Shown here: positions 1-23,935 of the stretch, piece after piece
Numbering within the stretch: position 1 is the stretch's first letter
Layout: every line of letters starts with the position of its first letter
NCBI GenBank assembly: GCA_963693365.1
Contig: CAVNZM010000002.1
Location: forward strand, 5,658,259-5,722,258
Direction: 5' to 3'
From: Amoebidium appalachense
Lineage: Eukaryota; Protista; Ichthyosporea
DNA length: 64,000 nt
Position numbers and translations under genes: made by a program
The notes under the pieces: generated by a model
Told to the model about the DNA's origin: nothing
Database searches by the model: none
What the model saw: the letters and a program-made list of their open reading frames with translations, nothing else

Positions 1-227
1 CGCTCCCCCTCTCCCCCATCGCAACTCCTCCATTGTTGCTTGTCTTGAGTGTGTACTTCTTACTCTACAACTTCATATAAATCCCCACCCTCCCACCCAC
101 CAAAAAACCGCCACAACGCCACCAACAAAACACCCCCGACTCAACCCTCTCCCTTTTCCTCCAACCCACGCATGCATGCATGCAGTTTCCCTTTTGTATT
201 TATTCATTCATTCATACGTGCACACAG

Positions 228-4591
<4,364 letters not shown>

Positions 4592-5906
4592 ATTATGCTT
4601 TTATTTATTTTATTCGGTTTATTTATTTTGGTGTTTTTATTATTATTTTTTATTTTATTTTTTGGTTTACTTCTTCGTGTGCGCACCCCTCGGCTCGGCA
4701 TGTGTAGTTGTTCTTGCCTGAACGGTCCCCTGGATGAAACGAAGGGGGAAGGAGGGGGGGGGGGGGGGGGGGGGGGGGGTTGTTCACGAAGGTTCATTGA
4801 AGCCATATGATGAATGACATGTGTTGTGCCTTATTCAGACAGGTAGATGTGCCTTTAATTTATATTTAGATAGCCTAGTGTGCAAGCTATTGTGAAGTAG
4901 AAATGTACATCCATTGACATCTTACTGGAGAAGAGGTATTTGATTGGAAGCCACACGCGCGTACAGTTTATTCCAGGAATGAATGCAAAATGTTTCAGTT
5001 AGCTTGAAAATTATAAAACACGTATCATTTTAAGACATTGGACAGTTGAAGGTGATAACTGTTTTAGGAAGCGTGGATGGAAATAAGTTTAATGTAAATG
5101 CTTCCTGACTTGTACATGGATGCCGCATAATCACAATTTGAAATTATTCGAATAAAATACGTGACAAGCAAGAGATTTCGGAACTTGCTGCTCGAAGCCC
5201 AAGGCCCGGCATACGACTCCTCCCCCTATCCCCCCACCCCCCACCCACCACCACACCCACCCACACCACCACCACCCACTGTAACCACCCACCCACCCTA
5301 GATCTGAGATGGGTTCTGTAGACAAAACTAAGGGGTCGAAATTCAAGACACCCCCTCCCCGCCGGGAAAATGCAGCACACTGTACATGTGTCAAAACCTG
5401 GCAGAGAAATCCCAAGCACAACCCACATGATTTTGCCCATGGGCCTCTGAAGGCACAGAGAGGTTGAGCTACATGATCATGTTGGTGCATGCTCGTGAGT
5501 GTCAGCAATGCCGGTAGGTGATTTTGTTTTTCATATCACGTGATCAACAGAAAAATTCTACAAAGAGGGGGGTCACAAGTTGAACGTCCGCTCCTACAAT
5601 TGTTCCTTTATTATTTGTTATATATATAACCTCCTCCGGGCCCTTAAGGGAACTTGGTGACCGTCGTCGTTCACTAAGCACCGACTGTGATGATCCTAGT
5701 TGGGTTGCAGCTGAAAATGGTGCTATCGATATCCACTACAGTATGTTAACACACCATCGCCGATTTTTGCTAACTGCTAAATTAAATTTTAGTACACACG
5801 TGCACTTGGCCCAGGCTTTTTCACTGCAACTGGTACCATATTAAAAGTGGTGTTGGTTTTCACGGGCCCCCTCCCTCATTCCCGGTGTCCTCAGTGAGTC
5901 AAGGAC

Positions 5907-5937
<31 letters not shown>

Positions 5938-6054
5938 CACAGTTGTTTCTCCACACCCACGAACATCCAGTCTGCAGGCCTAACTAGTCCCAATAAACTC
6001 CAGGTTACATTGATTGGGCAAGCGCCGACGTGCTCAACCCATTTTTTTTTTCTT

Positions 6055-6124
<70 letters not shown>

Positions 6125-6355
6125 GTGTGTTTGCGCGAGACACACTGTGCTGGCTACATGAACGTGTGTGGTGCAGATACATAACAGTGGTGTGTGTGTG
6201 CATGCACTGCGTGCGCGTGTGTATGGTTGGGCCATTTGTGAACTGTATGTGTGTGCGCACGTGTGCGTGCGTGTGTGCATGTGCGTGTGCATGTGTGTGT
6301 GACTGTGTACGTCCGCATGGGGAACTGTGCTTTATACACGTGCATGTGCATGCAC

Positions 6356-6400
<45 letters not shown>

Positions 6401-7151
6401 ACCTCGTGACGTGTGGGTAAAGCTTGTGTTGATAGGGTGAAGAATGCGCACAATAACCTCGGAGTCCAATCATAAGTGTGTGTTTGAGTGTGACACTGTA
6501 TGTGTGTGTGTGTGTGTGTGTGGCTGTGTGTCTGTATCTGTCAGTGTGTACTCAAATTTCTGTCTCTCAGACTGAGTATGTGCTACCGTACGTGTGCTTA
6601 ATGCATGCGCAGCTACCCATTTCTACCTGGCGCACGCACACACACATTTGTGTATGTCATACAAGTTAGGGTGAGGGTCGTGTGTGTGTGTGTGTGCGTG
6701 TGACGTGTGTGCGTTGCCTGGGCCAATGTGAGCGTGTTTGAGTTGTTGCTGATGCATGCATGCACGGTCACTGACAGCATGTGTAAGCTTAAGAGAGAAA
6801 CCATTGGTGATGAGAGGCATTGCCAAGGTGCTGGAGAGAGAAAGAGAAATGAGACTTTGAGGGCCTGGTGGCTGGCAGTGGCTGGATGGGTGCGCATGTG
6901 TGTATGTGCGTGTTTGGGGGGCCCCGGGGGGGTGGGCGGGGGGGGAGGGGGGGGGGGGGGGGGGGTGAGAAAGTGCATGCCATTGGAGAAAGTGTGCGTG
7001 TGTGCAGGTGCACCCCTCGACTAGTACACTTGTGAGTACGTAATGATTGAGGAGTGTGTACATGTCTGACGGGATACTACCGGGGGGCCGGGAAGAAGGG
7101 CGGGGGAGGAGGAGGGTACCGGAGGAAGGAGGGCCGCCGGCCCGTGGGGGG

Positions 7152-7209
<58 letters not shown>

Positions 7210-7952
7210 GGGGAAGGGGCCGGGGGGAAGCCGGCTCGAAGGCCTTTTAAATAGTGGTTGGGCCCGGGTGGGGCGGGCGAGAGGAGGAGGAGGAGATGCA
7301 CGTGGTGGTGGTGGCGGTGGTGGGGTTGGGGGGGGGGGGGGGGGGGGGAGAGAGAGAGAGAGAGAAGGGGGGGGGGGGGGGGGAGGGGGGGGCCGGGGGG
7401 AAGGCTCCCCGTTATACACCCGAATTTTAATACCGGCCATAGTGCTGGTGGTGTCTGTCGTTGCCACGCTCTAAAACATTATTGTGCGTTGGACAGGGTA
7501 GCGAGTACTGCCTTTATATAACGTATGATAAATTACTGACGGGAAACTGACGGGTTAGTCTATGCCGAGGCCGAGCTATCATCAGTATCTATAGATCTGC
7601 AAGGGGCCCCGGCAGCTGTGTACGTACACGTGCGCATTTCAGTGAAAGTTGTGTGTACAGTACCGCATGAATATGTGTATGTGTGCGCCTGTATCGGGCA
7701 TGTGTGTGCATGTGAGTGTATCATGGTGTGGGCGTGTGTTTTTGTGTGTCCATGTCATGATTGATGTGTGTGCGTGCATGGCCGCGTGTGCGTGTGCGTG
7801 TGTGCGCGTGTGGGCGTGTGTGTGCGTGTGTTTGTGTGTGCATAGATAAATGTGTGTGAGGTATTTGTGTGTACAAACATGTTTGTGAGATTGTGTGTAT
7901 GTGTGCGTGTTTGTGTGTGTGCGCGTGTGCATGTGTGTGCGTACGTGCGTGC

Positions 7953-7983
<31 letters not shown>

Positions 7984-9194
7984 AGCGCGTGTGTACATGC
8001 TGGTGCATGCATTTGTACGTGTCTGTGTGCGTGAGTGCCTTCGGGCTTTTGGGTGGTGTCACTGGTGTGTGTATGTGCGCACGTGAGTACACATTTGTGT
8101 GTGGCTTTGTGTGTGCGTGCCACTGCGTGTGCGCCTATATGCGTATGTTGTGTGCGCGCGTGTGATCGTGGTGTTCACGTGGCACGTGTTTTGCTCGAAC
8201 GATTACGTAACATAAACACCACACATATCGCAAGGAATGTGGCATAACTTAGGTGTGACTTTGCACTTCTTTCAGTGGCTGCTGCCTGGCAGCTTTGCGC
8301 TTTAACCTTATTTAGTTTTAAATAACAACCTTATTTGGTTTTAGGGAAAGGTGCAAAAGCGGCCCGGGTACCATATCAGGAGCGGGCAATTTTTGAATTC
8401 TCCCTCCCCGGCCCCTGTGGTGGGCCTGTGGTGTGCTTTTGCTTTATATAGATAGCAATCACAAGATCCCGGTTCCCTCACCGGTGACTCGGCGGTGACC
8501 GCCCGGCCCCTGACCTTGCCGTACGGGCTCGCCAGACTTGACATTTTCAGTTCCTACTACGTTGTACGTAGTAACACATGACATTATAACTATGACACTT
8601 GATATTATAATGAGCAAGATGATAATTACTATTTTTTCATATTAGGTACCATATGTACACCTCACTTGAAGTTGTTCCGGCTGAGCAGCTTGAGGTGGTT
8701 CCCCCGCGAGCGACAAAAGGGGGTTATACCCAAAAGCCTCAGAAATGCGGCATGCCCACTCGTCAATATTTTTCGAGGTTATAACCTAAAAGTTAATAGG
8801 CACCTAATCAGACCATTTAGAAACTTATAGTTATATCCAAGGGGTAAATGATTAACGAATAATCCACATGTACAGGATGGCCCGGATCCGGACTACCCGG
8901 AGCCTATAAAAACCTTTTCCCAAGTTACCAATTCGAAATTCCAGATCTGTAATATCAGACGTTGGCTTGGGGGAACACAAGAATGTCTCTACATGTGCCA
9001 CGAACTTTTGATTCTAAATGTTCAAAAGGTGAGCCTAGCGAGACCATGTTTTGCATAAGACGGTATATTCTCTAAATGTTTGGTGTTATAGAAAGCAGGA
9101 GGCAGCTATTAGCCAAATAAATACACGTACACACACAGAGAGAGGCGTTGCGATCAACGTGACTTGAGTCAGAACAAGTCTTCAATCAATATTG

Positions 9195-9352
9195 ATTGGC
9201 CGATTTTACGTGAGACAAGGCCCGACCAATCGTATTTTATTCGAGTAGTTGAACTAAATTTGGATTTCCATAGGCCAATCAGAAGCGTGTACCAATACCT
9301 CACTGTCTTGGCATGAACCGTCTTGATGAAGTTGTGTCGTAGCTATGATTGG
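9195..9352. promoter_or_regulatory. CCAAT-box (NF-Y) cluster upstream of the SGNH gene
   Basis: Five CCAAT/ATTGG pentamers at 9195, 9226, 9275, 9292 and 9348 in microsatellite-free sequence. Confidence 0.55.
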
Positions 9353-10080
9353 CTAAATGGCTGACCATGCAACATCCTATGTTCTACAATGCTTGTTTTC
9401 TTACCAGAAACAAATCATATGTAATAAACTTACAGTGAAAGTAAAGTTTTAAGGATTGAACACGTATATGTGGTGATAGACATCCTCTTCCTTCAACAGT
9501 ATAGACTTCCTGTCGCCGTGAGATTCGGTTGAGTTACTTTACTCAACTGAGTCAAGCAAAAATGTGGATTGTTGATTCGCTGGACATCATGCACTTAGAT
9601 AACCGCAACCCAATCTAACAGTCGTAAGCATGTGTCGCGCATCTCGCGAGTAAAATGCTGTTGTTCACTTTCATCCCCTCCCTACAACGTTTTTCTTTTT
9701 TGTTTCTCCCATAGTTTCTCAGTATATTCTTTTCCTAAAACACCAGTGTTTCCTGTGTTGCTGGCTAGCTAGACGAGGGAAATCTATATTTGCCACTTAC
9801 TGCAAACTTTCTGAAGGGATTCTGTGCGCTTCCCCTTCTCCTTTTGCACCGAGCACACATACTCGATGTTTACAGATCACAGTCCACTATCAACACTGTT
9901 TACCCTCATTCACTTCCTTCAAAACACAAGACAAGTGCCACTGTTACGTTCCCAAAGTGCATAGAATGTGAGTTGGCCATGGCTACATAGCACAGTTCAT
10001 GGCCACATAGCACACAGAACATTATTTTTGTTTACCTTTCTTTTTCCCTTTTTTTCGCCTTGTGTTTCACTTTTTGCACC

Positions 10081-11951
10081 ATGACACGGTCAGACAAAGA
10101 GCTAGACGATTTGGATGTTATGAAAACAATCGAAACAGAGGTCAGTAGGAGCCGTAGGAGATCGAACTTTCAACACTTAACCATGCAGGGCAGGACTTTC
10201 TCGTGGTCGGGGCGCAGAGAGAAATTTCTCATTTACAGCGCCGTGCTAGCGGTTGTGACTTTTGCACTAATTCTCTATCCAGCTGCTTCCACATCTTTCG
10301 AATACCAGGTAGTTGGCCCGGTAAGCACGTCAGAGAAAGATGGCAGCTTTAGCAATCAACCGCAATTATATACCCAGGAGGAGGTGCCTTCAACCGCCCA
10401 AGCAAACACAGTCGTAGCACTCAGCACCGTTGTTACCACCAGCGCCACCCCAACCACCACCACCACCACCACCACCACTAACCCCCCACCCACCACCACA
10501 ACTACAATTGCAAACATTCCTTCTTCTATCACAACGCCCGTCCCACCCGCCGCCACCACCACATCAATCCCGTCAGACGTTCCCTCCTCACCGGCCACCC
10601 CACCACAACCCCCATCCTCCTCTCCGGCTTCTCCACCCGCTCGTAAACCCATCACCTCTGAGTGGCTGTGGGCTACCAAGCGGGCACTTGAAGCTGAGCG
10701 GGACACACAGTGCCAGAAGCACAACCTCTATGCTGTTCTGCGCCAAATTACGGAGGAGAAAATTTGGATATCCGACTCGCCCCGAGATGAAATCCTGCCT
10801 GTGGGACAACCGCACGATACACAAGGGAGCACACAAGAACGAATATTTGAAGAACCTGCTCTGGCAGACTTTCACCGGCCGCAGAAAAACAATTTCGTTT
10901 GGTGTCAGCGGCGGTTCGTCTATGACAGGTGCCGGCCCGGGGGTGGGTCCGGCGAATGTTTTCATCAATCACCTTAAGACGTTTTTGGACAAAATGTTGG
11001 CCACTGTTCAGTCTGAGACGCAGGTGGAGGTGAGAAATATCGGCCAGGGATATACCGGGTCACTGTGGGGGGGCTACTACTTGGATGAGTTGCTGGGCGG
11101 TGGCACCGATGTGCTGTTTTGGGAGTTTGTGATCAACGACTTCTCCTTCCAGGGGCCTGATAGGGCTGGGCGGTCAGAGGTGGGTGTTTGCTCGTGTCTC
11201 TTTTCTTTTTCTCCTGCAAAACACCACTCTATGGATCTCGAATATGGAAAACAAAGGAGAATTATCGACCAGAACGAGTAATGCTATTGGTTCCTTTTTT
11301 ACAATGATCCATGCGTGCAAGCCCTCCCCCCCCCCCCCCCCCCCCCCCCCCCTTCCTCCCTCCCCCCTTAACCACCCCTCTCAAAACACACACGCATGCA
11401 CAAACACGCGCGAATACACACACACACACAATACGCACGCACGTGTGCACTCATTCAGCGCGACCATGCAGGTTGTTTGTGTTACAACCAAAAGGCAGGT
11501 GACAAATACCGACACCAATGCACTTTTCGCGCACATAAGAGAGTCAGCTTTAGTTTTCTTTGTGGTATGTCACGAGCCTTTGCAACTCCTCATCTATCTG
11601 TTGAACCAATGTCTATGTTGCATAAGCGCATCCTTTCTCATTCCGAAAAATGCAATCGGCAGATTGAGTATACCAAAGTGTCACCAATGTGGCTCCACCC
11701 CACGTCACTGACACACCACGTGCACCTTTATTTCCATATTAGGCTCTTGAGGTGTGGTACCGCCGTGCACTGCGGCTTAACCCCGTCCCGGCCATCGGCA
11801 TGCTTCAGCTCTGGGACCAACCCAACGAGAGGTGGGGCATGTATTGGCCCGGTGGTGATGTGGAGAAAGTGCAGAAACCCGTAATGGATGCCTACGCTGA
11901 GAGGTACGTGGAATTTGTCTTTCCCCCCTTTACCCCCAGCCCTCCCCCCGG

Positions 11952-12011
<60 letters not shown>

Positions 12012-12113
12012 GAAAAAGACAGAAAAACAGCTGTGCGCACATACACACACGCGCACGCACACACGCATACATACACACACGCACACACACGAGCACAGGT
12101 GCACACGCGGGCA

Positions 12114-12149
<36 letters not shown>

Positions 12150-12790
12150 CACACTCGTATGCACACACACGCAGGCACGTGCATGCATATGCTCGCCCGC
12201 ACAGACATGCATATACATAAAAAACATGATCACGAACATATGCACAACGGCCCACACCCTACACAATTCACAAGTGCATAAACATACACATGTTTTTGAT
12301 GTCTTTGCTTTCTACGCTTGCCACCCTCTGATCCACATAAACCCACCCCCCTCACCCCCCCCCCCCCCCCCCCCCCACCCGACACACACACCTTCTGCAA
12401 TGTGTTGTCCGTTGCCAATGTGCACTGCGTAATCTGTAACGTAAACAACCACCACCACCTTTCACATACAGTTCTTTTGTGGGCCCCTTTCAATGGGAAC
12501 CGGAGGGCTTGCAAATGTTTAAATATAACATGAGGGAACCAAGATGGCCCTAGTCAATATCAGTCTGTGCATGAGAAGTGTAAACGGATTGATGATTTTG
12601 GGTTTTGTTCATATGTACAACATGTAGAAATGTATGCTTGCTTTTCATAGTATTATCTGGACTCAGAGACATGGGTGCATATGTATAGCACGCGTAAAGG
12701 TCCATTCGTCAGGTGAACTTGTTTTAGATGCTGCCAATATCGAAATGAGCCTATATCGCATCTCACACCAAACCACACACGCGCGCGCAC

Positions 12791-12834
<44 letters not shown>

Positions 12835-13461
12835 TCACTCACTCACTCACTCACTCACTCACTCACTCACTCACTCACTCACTCACTCACTCACTCACTC
12901 ACTCACTCACTCACTCACTCACTCACGCATACACCCTTGTCCCCCCCCCCCCCCCCCCCCCCACCACCACCACCACCACCACACACACACACAGGTACGA
13001 CATGCACAGTCTCTCCATTGGTGAGTATGCCCGCGCCACACTCAGCTCGGGCAAGTCACACGACCAGACGTACGAAACAATCAAAAAGTATTTCGTCGCA
13101 GACTGGCACCACCCGTCCGTGACATCGCACATTACTGCCGCGGAGGGGTTCCTGTACATTTACAGCATCATGCTCCTGGAAGTTATCGATGAGATCATGA
13201 GGTCGGGGCCTGAAAACTTGTGGCCTGAGATTGCTGAGAGGGTGTCGGCACGGTTGGCTGCAGTTCCACCACCGCAGAGGATTAATGTGGATGAGTTTGC
13301 ACCGGGTATGTGGGTGGGTGGGGAATGGATGGTAGTGGTGGTGGGGGCAAGGGGGGGGGGGGGGGGGGGGGGGGGAGGGATGGGTGGGGTGGGGGGGTGT
13401 TGTGGGTGTTGTGGGTGGGTGAGGGGGCGGGGGCAAGGGGGGGGGAGGGGAGGGGGGGGGT

Positions 13462-13506
<45 letters not shown>

Positions 13507-14608
13507 GGGGGGGGGAGAGGATTGAGGTGTGTTGCGAGGGTGTTGGAGAAAGGGGTGAGGGGGATATGCATGTTGAAAAGAGTGGCTAGGATTCGTGGTT
13601 TCTGGGTGCTTATGTTGTGTCCGTGGTCGGGCGTGCGCGTGGCCATATGGGTGCGTGGGTACGTGCGCGTGCATCCATGTGTGTGCGACTGTGTGCATGC
13701 TGTTTTTGTGTTTCTCTTTTCTTAAGGTTTTGATTTGTGTGCCATGGGTCTGTGTTCTGGGTGTTCGGCCGTTTTTGAGCTCCATAGGATAGAGGCCATG
13801 TGTGTGTGTGTGTGTGTGTTTGTGTGTTTGTGCGGGGGGGGAGGGAGGAGGGGGGGAAGGGGGGGGGGGGGGGAGAGGGGAGGGGAGGCTGGGGATAGGA
13901 GAGCCCATAAGCAGGGTTGAGTGCTAATATTTTTAAAACCCCGCAGTGACCACAAAGACAAACAACGACACCATGTACCCTTATGCCCTCGACCACAAGA
14001 AGGGGGGGTTCGTGTTTTTCGGCCCGACCTTCAACGAGAAGCAGTCCTTCACGCTTCTTCCGTGCAAGCCTAACGTCGACTGTGACCCCAAAAACTACGG
14101 AAAAACCACAGATACCTCTGTTCGTCTCGATAGCAGAATGGGTCTCCGTCTTCCGTCGTGTAGCAGCGGTACGCTTGCTTTTGCACCCACCGAACTTATC
14201 GGGTCTAACGAGACCATCATGTTTGATAAGGAGGACCAGAGGGCGGCGAACGTCTCCCTAGCGAGATATGTGGGGTTCAATGTGCTCGGTGTCGAAAATA
14301 CGCAGCCGCTTCAGTACGACCCCGACTACATACGGAAGATTCTCAGAGACACGTGTGTTTTGTACAACGGTGAACCTCTGAACCCGTATTTTGCTACGGC
14401 TGGCTCCCTAGCGAGGGGGGTTCTCGCGCCAATCATCTATTTCGAGCGGGTTGCGGGAGTCAACTATACACAAGGGTGGGAGATGTGCAAGGGGGTTATG
14501 GACCAGAACGCGGCCGAGGGGTTCAACAATTTGGGAACGGTGCAAATTTGCTCAGGCACGCCGTATCCAATGACATCTATGGTCGTGTTTTTTGATGAAA
14601 TTGCATAG
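10081..14608 (+). CDS. Type II membrane SGNH/GDSL-family hydrolase with Thr/Pro-rich stalk; exons 10081-11179 (+1 frameshift near 10759-10762), 11743-11903, 12995-13305, 13947-14608
   Basis: N-terminal TM segment [18 protein letters not shown] and a poly-T/P stalk; then block I GGSSMTG, block II NIGQG, block III WEFVIND and block V DWHHP. GT-AG junctions are phase-consistent; removing one A from GAG-AAAA-TTT joins the two ORFs. Confidence 0.8.
12833..12926. repeat. (ACTC)n tetranucleotide microsatellite
   Basis: Directly visible in SGNH intron 2. Confidence 0.95.
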
Positions 14609-15434
14609 AGGGGAGGGGATCTATGGACTTAGCAGTTGTTTTTGGATCAAGAAGCAGCATTGTTTGCTGTTTGCAAAGCCTAGAAAGTGTACGAGGGCAA
14701 GTACAGCCTTTCGTTTTTGTTTATTGAATCTCCTTTCCGAACTGTTTATGGCGTGCTTTTGTGTATGTGTGTGTGTTCTTTTATTCTGGTGAATGTGTTT
14801 GTTTGCATGGGTCTTTTTTCATTTTGGTGAGGGTGAAAGAAAAGAATGCTAAATGGATGATGAACTCTTCATTTTAAAGGGTGCAGTATGGAATATCTTT
14901 ATTAGAGAACAAGGGAATGTAAAACCTGTACATATATATAACAGATCACACATCATGGAGTGTGTTTAGATGCCGCCTTGGACATAAAAACAGGGCGCGT
15001 AGACTCCCGAACATTATTTTGTTGTGGGCTGGGCCACAACTTGAGTAAAAACGAAAAGAATTCCTGATTTGGGTCTTAATGTCTATTTCGGTGTTCCTCC
15101 AGGGTTCCTATATGTGGCAACTGCACAATTTCTAAAATAGGAGACTATGCCATATGTGGGCAAAAGGCATTATAATTACCGTATGATCATTGCAACTCGG
15201 TTTTACAGTGTGTGAGGGGTGTGGGACGGTGTGGTTTTGCTTCGTGTGTATGCTGCATTGCGCGTCTAGGAGTATACACCGACGTGTGAGGGGGGTAAGC
15301 CTGCAAGGGGAATGGGGCGGTCCTGATACGTCATGCCCTTTTCACACATGTTGCAAGCTGCACATGCACACATATCACATGTACACATACAATATCATGA
15401 TCGATGTGTAATGAAGCGCACGCCCGTGCCTAGC

Positions 15435-15467
<33 letters not shown>

Positions 15468-16064
15468 ACCCACACACACACACACACACGTATGACACGT
15501 ATGGACCGTGAGCTCTACACACAAGCCAAATTCAATTGTGTGTTAAGCCGCGATCACGTTCACGTCATACATTAAAAAAAAAAGATTTGTTTATAGCTGC
15601 ATTTCCCACAATCGGATGGGTGAAGTTACGGCATGTGTGTGTGTGTTGCGATAGATTACGAGAATATAGGTTGTGTGTGTACACGTGTGTGTGTGCTTGC
15701 ATGTGCACATGTGTGTGTGTTTGAGTGTGTATGTGCACGTGCGGAGTGTGTGTGTGTGTTGGGGGGGGGGGAGGGGGGAGGGGGGAGGGGGAGGGGGGGG
15801 GGGGTCACATATCATGCATGAACCTGTACATGTAGAGTCATTGCTATTGCGCAAGTGAGCAGTACTTATTTTATGTACGAGCACGACCAGGTGCGCAAAG
15901 AAGCTACATCAGAGCTGCAAAGCAAATTGCGAATACGTAGTACATGGTGACTCCAGTCATTCATTCATTCAAGTGTGTTACCATAAACATGTAGCTAGTG
16001 TGTAGGTGACACAAATCTGATTCACTATCTGTGATCTGGAACTTTCTATCGAACAGCACGCATG

Positions 16065-16103
<39 letters not shown>

Positions 16104-16118
16104 GTGTGTGTGTGTGAC

Positions 16119-16190
<72 letters not shown>

Positions 16191-16612
16191 CGTGTGTGTG
16201 TGTCTGTGTGTGTGTGTTGATGGTGTGCATGTGCGTGTGTTGCGTTTGTTTGTGCAGGTTGTGCGCATACGCAGGCACATGCACGTACACATGTGTGATA
16301 TGTACCGGTATATGTGCATGCAAGTGTGTACCTTCAATGGATACTACTATTTACAGGACCTTCATAAAACGCAGAAAAGTGAGAAAAGAGAAACCATAAA
16401 ACACCTGAAAAAAGAGGGGAAAAACCCCCTTCACCCGAAAAGTTCACCATTCGAAAATTAACACACTCAGTCAACTTCAGGACACAACTAGGGCAAAAAG
16501 GTGCTAAAGGGAGAGCCACAACCCTAGCAGTGCCACACATTACTGTTCATGACTAGCACTCCCACTGTTTTAGAATTACACGGTTCAAAACACTTGCATG
16601 CAAATCAAACTA

Positions 16613-22175
<5,563 letters not shown>

Positions 22176-22238
22176 TGTTTATAGCTTATAAATTAGGTAC
22201 GGATGGCTCTACAAACATAGTGTGGTGTGTGTTTTAAG

Positions 22239-22324
22239 ATCCATTACTCTGTGAGGGTTTGAAAGATCAGAACTAATGGTGTGGAATCCATTACTCTGTA
22301 AGGGCTTGAAAAATCGGCACTAAC
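22239..22324. repeat. 47-bp-period imperfect tandem duplication upstream of the THAP gene start
   Basis: ATCCATTACTCTGT(G/A)AGGG(T/C)TTGAAA(G/A)ATC at 22239 and 22286. Confidence 0.85.
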
Positions 22325-22900
22325 TTACGATATGAATTTCGGACGCATCTGTGCATCTGTGCTTTGAGGTGACTGGCTGTGCATTCAAGTTGTGGCGTGC
22401 GTGTCCGTGTGACTATGTGCGAGGGGTCGCCCGGGTTAGCCGCTGTTTGTCACGGTGACTGTACCGGCCAGCCGCGGACCGGTGTGTGTGTGTGAGGCTG
22501 TGAGCTGTGTGTGCGCAAACAAAACAGTTCCGGGAGCCGCTTCCTATTGGCTACATTGTTGCGCAACACCAGCAACCTAAAATAGGAGATCTTTTTGTAT
22601 GACTATATATGGATCTCCGAAAAACAGAAAACGAAACCCGCATTCAAAGAAAAACGTTCGTGGGTCTTGACCAAGGCTTGTTGTATTTGGCCTTGGTCTT
22701 GACCGAAGGCGAACTTCGAGTTCGAAACTGAGCCCAGTCATGAAGGTCAACCTCCATGGGCGACAAGAAACTAGCATTGCGCAGTTAGTCTAGACCCGGC
22801 TTGGTGATGAAGAACTTTCCTTGCCGAGTCACCGAGTTTTCCAACAGACATATATTTCTTGGCCCGGAGGTTCGCCCGGAACCCGTAACATTCGCGTGCA

Positions 22901-22968
22901 GAAGCAGCATAGCAGAAGTGAATTGCTTCATGCACGCGAAGCAGCATAGCAGAAGTGAATTGCTTCAT
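22901..22968. repeat. 37-bp-period tandem duplication with self-complementary ends
   Basis: GAAGCAGCATAGCAGAAGTGAATTGCTTCAT is identical at 22901 and 22938; GAAGCA...TGCTTC can pair within each copy. Confidence 0.9.
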
Positions 22969-23187
22969 CTAAGGGCACGTTCCCTTCAAGGCCTACGCCA
23001 GGCATGAATTGCAGGATATTAGTGAACCAGGCTTTTACTTTACTCTAAGACTCTTCTTTACACCTTTACAATATAAGCTCAACTGCCGCATTCACTGAAA
23101 AGCGTTTACTATCATCTCCGGGTTGTGTCTGTGTTAACCAGCTGTCGATTTCTCCCAGAAAATCAAACAACCCTTTCCGACCTCACA

Positions 23188-23354
23188 ATGAATGCCCTCC
23201 TGAATAAGCCCCTTTGTTTTCCTGGCCGCTTTTGTACAGCAGGCTTGCTTGGCCTTGGCCGGAAATGGCTCTCTGGTTCCACACCAATGCAGGCACATGT
23301 GAAGGTAAGTTAAGTTCCAGAGGTACCCCCGCGCACAACATACACGTGTGCACG

Positions 23355-23387
<33 letters not shown>

Positions 23388-23904
23388 CGCGCACACGCAT
23401 TCTCGTTTTTTTAGTACTTCATACCCTGCTCCTGAGCAAGATCAACATCCAAACTCGTGCGCTAAGTTTGGTTTGGTCTAACATACTGGAGGGTTTTGGT
23501 AAAAGAATCAATGAACATGGGAATGGCGGATGTGGTTTTGGGGGCACCCGAAAAGAGGGAGGGAGGAGAGAAAGGGGAGGGGAGGGGGGGGAGGGGGGCA
23601 GTGGGAAGAAGGGGGGGGGGGGGGGGGGGGGGGGAGGGTCCGTTTCAAAAAGATAGGGGCATTTGTTCATCGTGTTTCTTACCTTCCACTCCTACAGCCA
23701 AAGAAGAGACGACTGTTTTCACTCTACCCCCTGGAAGACCCTTCTGAGGATATGGCTGCAAGCACCGCCTTGGAGGCTCACTTCAGCGAACACACTGATG
23801 GAAAGGTATGGGTTTGGTGTCCAGATATGATAGTACATGGTTCCAAATAAAGGGTTCAGGTTTGAGATAAAATTTTCCTTTTTCTTTTCCCTTTTTTTTT
23901 TTTT

Positions 23905-23935
<31 letters not shown>

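Noticed and set aside
8341-8346. TTAGGG telomeric hexamer
   Set aside because: Isolated single copy, no array.
8697-8978. GTTCCCCC...GGGGGAAC possible TIR pair
   Set aside because: Only about 8 bp match and no TSD; compatible with chance.
14874-14890. TTAA-AGGGTGCAGT, Kolobok-like left end
   Set aside because: No matching inverted end found.
22700-22735. GTTCGAAAC B-box / tRNA-like sequence
   Set aside because: No cloverleaf or A-box could be built; no tRNA or rRNA genes were found in the window.
22804-22810. GTGATGA box-C motif (snoRNA)
   Set aside because: No CTGA box D within a plausible distance and no terminal stem.
22239-22968. CRISPR-like reading of the 47-bp and 37-bp repeats (also the 60660-60815 array)
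   Set aside because: Only two copies or no unique spacers, eukaryotic context, no cas genes.
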